Source: Candidatus Altimarinota bacterium (GTDB lineage: Bacteria > Patescibacteriota > Gracilibacteria > BD1-5 > UBA6164). From it: 64,000 bases of DNA. Where the stretch lies: the NCBI GenBank assembly GCA_020631485.1, contig JAHDHC010000003.1, forward strand, positions 10,792 to 74,791, written 5' to 3'. Under the pieces are notes generated by a model. It saw nothing but the letters and a program-made list of their open reading frames with translations. It was not told where the DNA came from and did not search any database. This document shows, piece by piece, positions 59,728 to 64,000 of the stretch. Made by a program: the position numbers and the translations under genes. Each line of letters opens with the position of its first letter. Position 1 is the first letter of the stretch.

Positions 59728-59842
59728 GACAGACATTCTAGAGCCTGCACACAGCAAATAAAAGATAGATGATCGGTTTTTTTACTTTATTTTATATTTG
59801 TGATAGTGTATATAAAAGTACATATTTTTATAAAAAATTATT

Positions 59843-62800
59843 ATGCAAATAAGGAGCCATACAAAGATAGTATCAAGTATTTTATTTTTAAGTTTCATAT
59901 TTCAGATATCAGGAATAACCTACGCGAGTGATCTTCAGGATCAAGAGGATGTGAGGACGAGAGTATTGCAACTACAACAAGTAGATGCTAATCTTCCGTG
60001 AGGAGTAGCTGAGCAGAAGTGAAAAGTTGGGACAATACTTGCAAAGCTTTTTGACGCTAATGGAAAGGTGAAACAGATATTTTTACATGAGATATTTGAT
60101 GGTCTTACATGATGAGAGTTGGTATACTACGATGATGCGAACAAGAGATTTATGAGTTCTGTTATCCGAGGAACGAATAGTGCGGTATGAATCTGAGGTT
60201 GAATACTCGCGTCATACATAGCGAATTTTACCTGAGATGTAAACATCACATGAGATCTTGATGTGGGTGGAAATATTACGGCTTCAGCACCAACTGCGAA
60301 TAACCATGTAGCGACGAAAGACTATGTAGATTCTAACTCTGGACTTTGGACAAGAAATGGCTCAAATGCGGTATATAACTATTCAGCAACAGATAGAACC
60401 ACAGTATGAGTATGAATAAATCACAATGTAAATACAACAGGATGATGGGCGAGAGAACTAAGCTTCTCAAGCAATGGAGGAAAAAGAGGAGTACTCTGAG
60501 CCTATGGATGAAATAATACCCTTAGTTATGTGTATCTCGATTCAAGATGAGGAACAGCTTCTTACAGTAACGCTCAATTTGTCCTTAGGCCTAGTGGGAA
60601 TGTCGGTATAGGAAATACCGCACCAGACACCAAACTTGAAGTAGCAGATGCAGTGAAGATCTCAGGAAATGGAGATGCGACACTCATCCTCGAAGCAGAT
60701 CAAGATAACGTAACAGAAACGGATAATCCAAGTATAGCATTTATCCAAGATGCATGAGGAGTAAACGGAAGAATCTGATATAGATCTGGGACAAATCAAA
60801 TGGAACTCATGAATCAGTTTAATGATAGTCTTCATCTTGGTACAGCAAATAATACCAGAATGACTATTGGTTGAGATGGAAATGTAGGTATTGGAATGAC
60901 GAATCCGTGAGAGAGATTGAGTGTTTCTTGAAGAATCGCGGTAAGTACAGATCCAAACTCAGATGATGATATTGGTGACAGATGATATAACGACGGACGT
61001 TATGTAAACGTCTGAGAAGCTGTAAACGGTGACACTATCACAGATGGGACAATTGATAGTTCAGAGATCCAAGATAATACTCTTACGTCAAGTGATCTCG
61101 CAAATGGATCTGTAAACTCAGCTGAAATAGTTGATGGATCAGTAAGAACTCAAGAAATACGTGATGGTACTATTACAAATACTGACATCAATAGTTCCGC
61201 AGGAATTTCTGGTACAAAAATCAATCCTGATTTTTGAACTCAGTCAATCGTAGCGAGAAACCCAAATAACTCTAATGCCTCAGCTGCATTAAATTTCGAT
61301 TGAGATGTTGCAAGAATAAGAGTATGAGGTTCAGGAGTTTGAGCTTCAAATTGACTTGATATCCAATGACCTGGTAATTCGAGTTTATTAAGAATAGAAA
61401 ATAATGGAAATCTTACTACTTGATGAACCATCCAAGCAGCAGCTCCTACGACATGAAATCATGTAACTACAAAAAGTTATGTTGATAATTTGGTACAGGG
61501 ACTTGTATGGAAAGAACCATCAGCAACAAGTGCATCAGGAACGCATGGAACTTGTACCAGTGCAAAAGAATGATGGGCTACATATAATAGAGCAGACAAT
61601 GTCATCTATGTATGTAATGGAAGTTGATGGGTAAATATCTGAACAACAGCAGCAATTCCCTACGCAACAACTACGACTGCATGAAGGATTCAGTTGAGTG
61701 GAGTATTATGAGGAACTTGGAACAACATCACACTTGATGATAACTCAATCAACAGTGAGAAAGTTCAAAACAATACGCTCACAGCAAGTGATCTTGCGAC
61801 AAATAGTGTCGGAACAAGTGAGATCGTAAATAATACGATTACAGAAACAGATATATCAGACAGTTTTGTAGCGAGAAATTCTCAGCTCCTTGATGGGATT
61901 GACAGTTCAAATTTTGTGAGAGATTCATGAAATGAAACAATAGGATGAGTGAAGACATTTTCAGAAAGTACAATTATATCTAAAAATGGTACTTCATGTT
62001 CTGGATCAAACTGTGTTACCAATTCTGCTTGAATAGCTCTAAAAGATGCATCAAATAATCAAAACGTAGAAATAGTTCATGATGTCTTTGATTCTTCACT
62101 TCCTGCTGCAGGATATGGTGTAAGAATTAGAAAAACAACTGATAACGTTCAGCAGTGAAATAACGCTATGCTTGTTGTTGAGTGAGACATATATGCCAAC
62201 AACACATCAAGAGTACTTACTAGTTGATTTAGTGGTGATGACATCCAAGACAATACCGTAGATTCTTCTGAAATCCAGGACAATACACTCACAGCAAATG
62301 ATCTTGCAAATGGATCAGTAAACTCAGCTGAGATCGTAGATGGTTCAGTTAGAACTCAAGAAATAGCAAATAATACGATTACAGAAACGGATATATCAGA
62401 CAGTTTTGTAGCGAGAAACTCACAACTCCTTGATGGAAGAGATTCAACGGAATTCGCCCAGAGAGATAATACTTCAAGCACATCTATTGGAGCTGCAGGA
62501 TGGTATACGATAGCGAGAATTCCGAGCGGAAGAGCAAGTGCAAAATTCGTAATCAGAGATACAACAAGTGGAAGACATGGAACAGTACACTTTTATGCGC
62601 AACACCACTATGGAAACGGAAATGTCATCAATGTCGTAGCAGATTCAAACTATGGAGGAAATGGTATTTTTAGATATTTGAGAATAAAAGACGCTTCTAC
62701 CTATGATGGTGCAGTGCTACAAGTATATGTAGATCAAGCAGGTTCTGTATATGGACAGATGTTTGAAAATATTCAATGACCAGGTTGGACGATTGTAGAT

Positions 62801-64000
62801 TGGGCAGCTGATGGAGCACAGACGGCTCCAAGTGAAGGATCACTCAGTGAAGCTGTGAGAATTGATCTCGATCACAATAATGGTTTCCAAACAACTGACT
62901 CACTCAATGCAAATAGTGGAATCAAGGTTGATGGAACGACTATCATAAATGGTAGTGGGAACATCGGAGGAGATGTTATCACAGATGGAACCATAGACAG
63001 TTCAGAGATCCAAGATAATACTCTCACAGCATCTGATCTTGCGGCTAATTCGGTAGGAACTTCAGAAGTTGCTAACAATTCCCTTACAGCAAATGATCTC
63101 GCGGCAAACTCTGTTTGAACTTCAGAAGTTGCTGATAATACTCTCACAGCAAATGATCTTGCGGCGAACTCTGTAGGAAACAGTGAACTTATAGACGTGC
63201 CAACTGTTGCACAGCTGAATGTAGTGGCGTGAGATAATAACGGCTTAAGGTTTTGGGGTTCAGACAATTATGAGATATCTATGGGAAATACATCAGAATA
63301 TCATTATTGACCTGTTACATGATATTCTATTAAGAATAAAATGAATAGTGATTCAACGAGATGATGGACCTGGTGAGTTGCTGGCGCTACTCCTACGGTA
63401 GCATTTAATACTCAATGAAACGCTCAGTTTGCAGGAACAATTACTGCTGCGACTCCTACTGCTGCAAACCATCTTGCGACAAAAGCATATGTAGATTCTA
63501 ACTCTGGTCTATGGTCTCAAAACGGATCTGGTGAAGCATACTATACGGCTAATGTAGGTATAGGAAATACGGACCCATGAGAGAGACTTAGTGTTACCGG
63601 AAGGATCTCAGTGACAGCTGATCCAAACAGTAATGATGATATATGAGATAGAGGCTACAACGATGGAAGATATATTAATGTATGAGAATCAGGTGATTCT
63701 ATAGCTGATAATACGATAGATGGTTCTGAGATACAAAATGATAGTATTACAGCAGCTGACCTTGCTGTAAACTCAGTTGGAAATAGTGAATTAATAGATA
63801 CACCAACATTTACGAATATACTTACGGGAAACACATGAATAAACATTATTTGAGGTTCACCAATTATGAGATATACCGATTCTTGAGCAGAGGATGATTT
63901 TTGGACACATGTAAATTCTAATAACTTTTATGTGCTGGCTGATAGAAATGATGATAGTGCTTGGGATGGACCTCATCCACTACAATTAGAAGCAGATACA
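59843..64000 (+). CDS. giant tail-fibre-like repeat surface protein, N-terminal 1385 codons (runs off the right edge)
   Basis: Frame checked 59843-64000 with no TAA/TAG. Signal peptide MQIRSHTKIVSSILFLSFIFQISGITYA. Recurrent modules PTA.NH(V/L)ATK.YVDSNSGLW and GNVGIG.T.PGERLSV.GRI (tail-fibre-type motifs), plus runs of ITDGTIDSSEIQDNTLT.SDLA.GSVNSAEIVDGSV. Confidence 0.75.

Overview
Low-GC, densely packed bacterial chromosome segment in which UGA encodes glycine rather than stop (translation table 25, known from Gracilibacteria/BD1-5 and Absconditabacteria/SR1 in the CPR/Patescibacteria). The supplied standard-code ORF track therefore breaks almost every gene into pieces. I re-read the window by hand with TGA=Gly and checked most gene frames triplet by triplet for TAA/TAG. 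This gives about 52 CDS and 4 tRNAs (Thr-GGT, Arg-CCT, initiator Met-CAT, Glu-TTC), and no rRNA, CRISPR array or intact IS element. Housekeeping genes are fmt, glyA, gdh, uvrA, murB, dinG, prmC, fusA, rny, efp, lgt-like, gatA, era, glmS, an M3 oligopeptidase and an S41 peptidase. The accessory content is a large set of cell-envelope genes. (1) A type IV pilus/competence set: PilN/O-like genes, pilB and pilC, a pilin 31 kb away, comEC and comF. (2) A GT4 glycosyltransferase followed by a 1190-aa SLH-like, Thr/Gly-linker S-layer-type protein that almost completely avoids UGA. (3) A 1901-aa secreted adhesin (signal peptide, 3 SdrD-B/Cna-B modules, 6 DUF11 repeats) whose reading frame continues without a stop into a complete C-terminal sortase domain. 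It also carries an LPQSG motif just upstream of the sortase and a 98%-identical 423-bp in-frame tandem duplication. (4) A tail-fibre-like giant repeat protein of more than 1385 aa that runs off the right edge, preceded by a UGA-rich aromatic/Gly-repeat secreted protein. The adhesin-sortase fusion is the best candidate for something undescribed. All function calls rest on motif recognition by eye; no database search was run.
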